A program made the position numbers and the translations under genes. The notes under the pieces were generated by a model that saw only the letters and a program-made list of their open reading frames with translations, was not told the origin of the DNA and searched no databases. Of a DNA stretch of 64,000 nt, positions 63,827 to 64,000 are shown in pieces. The DNA is from Botryllus schlosseri. Its lineage: Eukaryota. The first letter of the stretch is position 1. The number at the start of each line of letters is the position of its first letter. The DNA lies in NCBI GenBank assembly GCA_051294905.1, contig CM119378.1:4466001-4530000 (forward strand), written 5' to 3'.

Positions 63827-64000
63827 CTGAAATGCCAAGTTAAGGAGCTTGAATGAAAACATTATATACATACCACCTATAGTGGTTCTTAACCCTTTTT
63901 CCTCCAGCGCCCCGGGGCCTACGATAAGGGTGGAGTAGCCTACTTTTCCAATTCGAATTATTAGTTGAGAGCAGAACTGGACAAGGTGCGGTCAGCGGAG

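Overview
Eukaryotic, AT-rich, transposon-dense genomic DNA from an invertebrate; the gene and repeat content suggests an ascidian/tunicate, but that is inference. Protein genes: (i) three tandem, intronless minus-strand BTB/Kelch genes (14.4-34.0 kb) with an unusual BTB-BACK-BACK-short-blade-Kelch layout, one broken by a single in-frame TAA; (ii) a complete 15-exon TBC1D15/17-type Rab-GAP (minus, 41994-55157); (iii) a divergently oriented 6-coding-exon LARP6-like gene (plus, 58642-61675); (iv) the frameshifted last exon of a P-loop sulfotransferase-like gene at the right edge. The rest is mostly nested non-autonomous hAT-type MITEs with 8-bp TSDs, tRNA-derived SINEs, LINE 3' ends, an 82-bp satellite and a foldback element with opposed telomere-like repeats. 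The most notable non-coding signal is a small dispersed retroposon family with variable TSDs that carries a minimal type I hammerhead ribozyme (Penelope-like). It has a possible loop-II pseudoknot/switch and lies antisense to the neighbouring genes. Everything was read by eye; no searches or folding programs were run.
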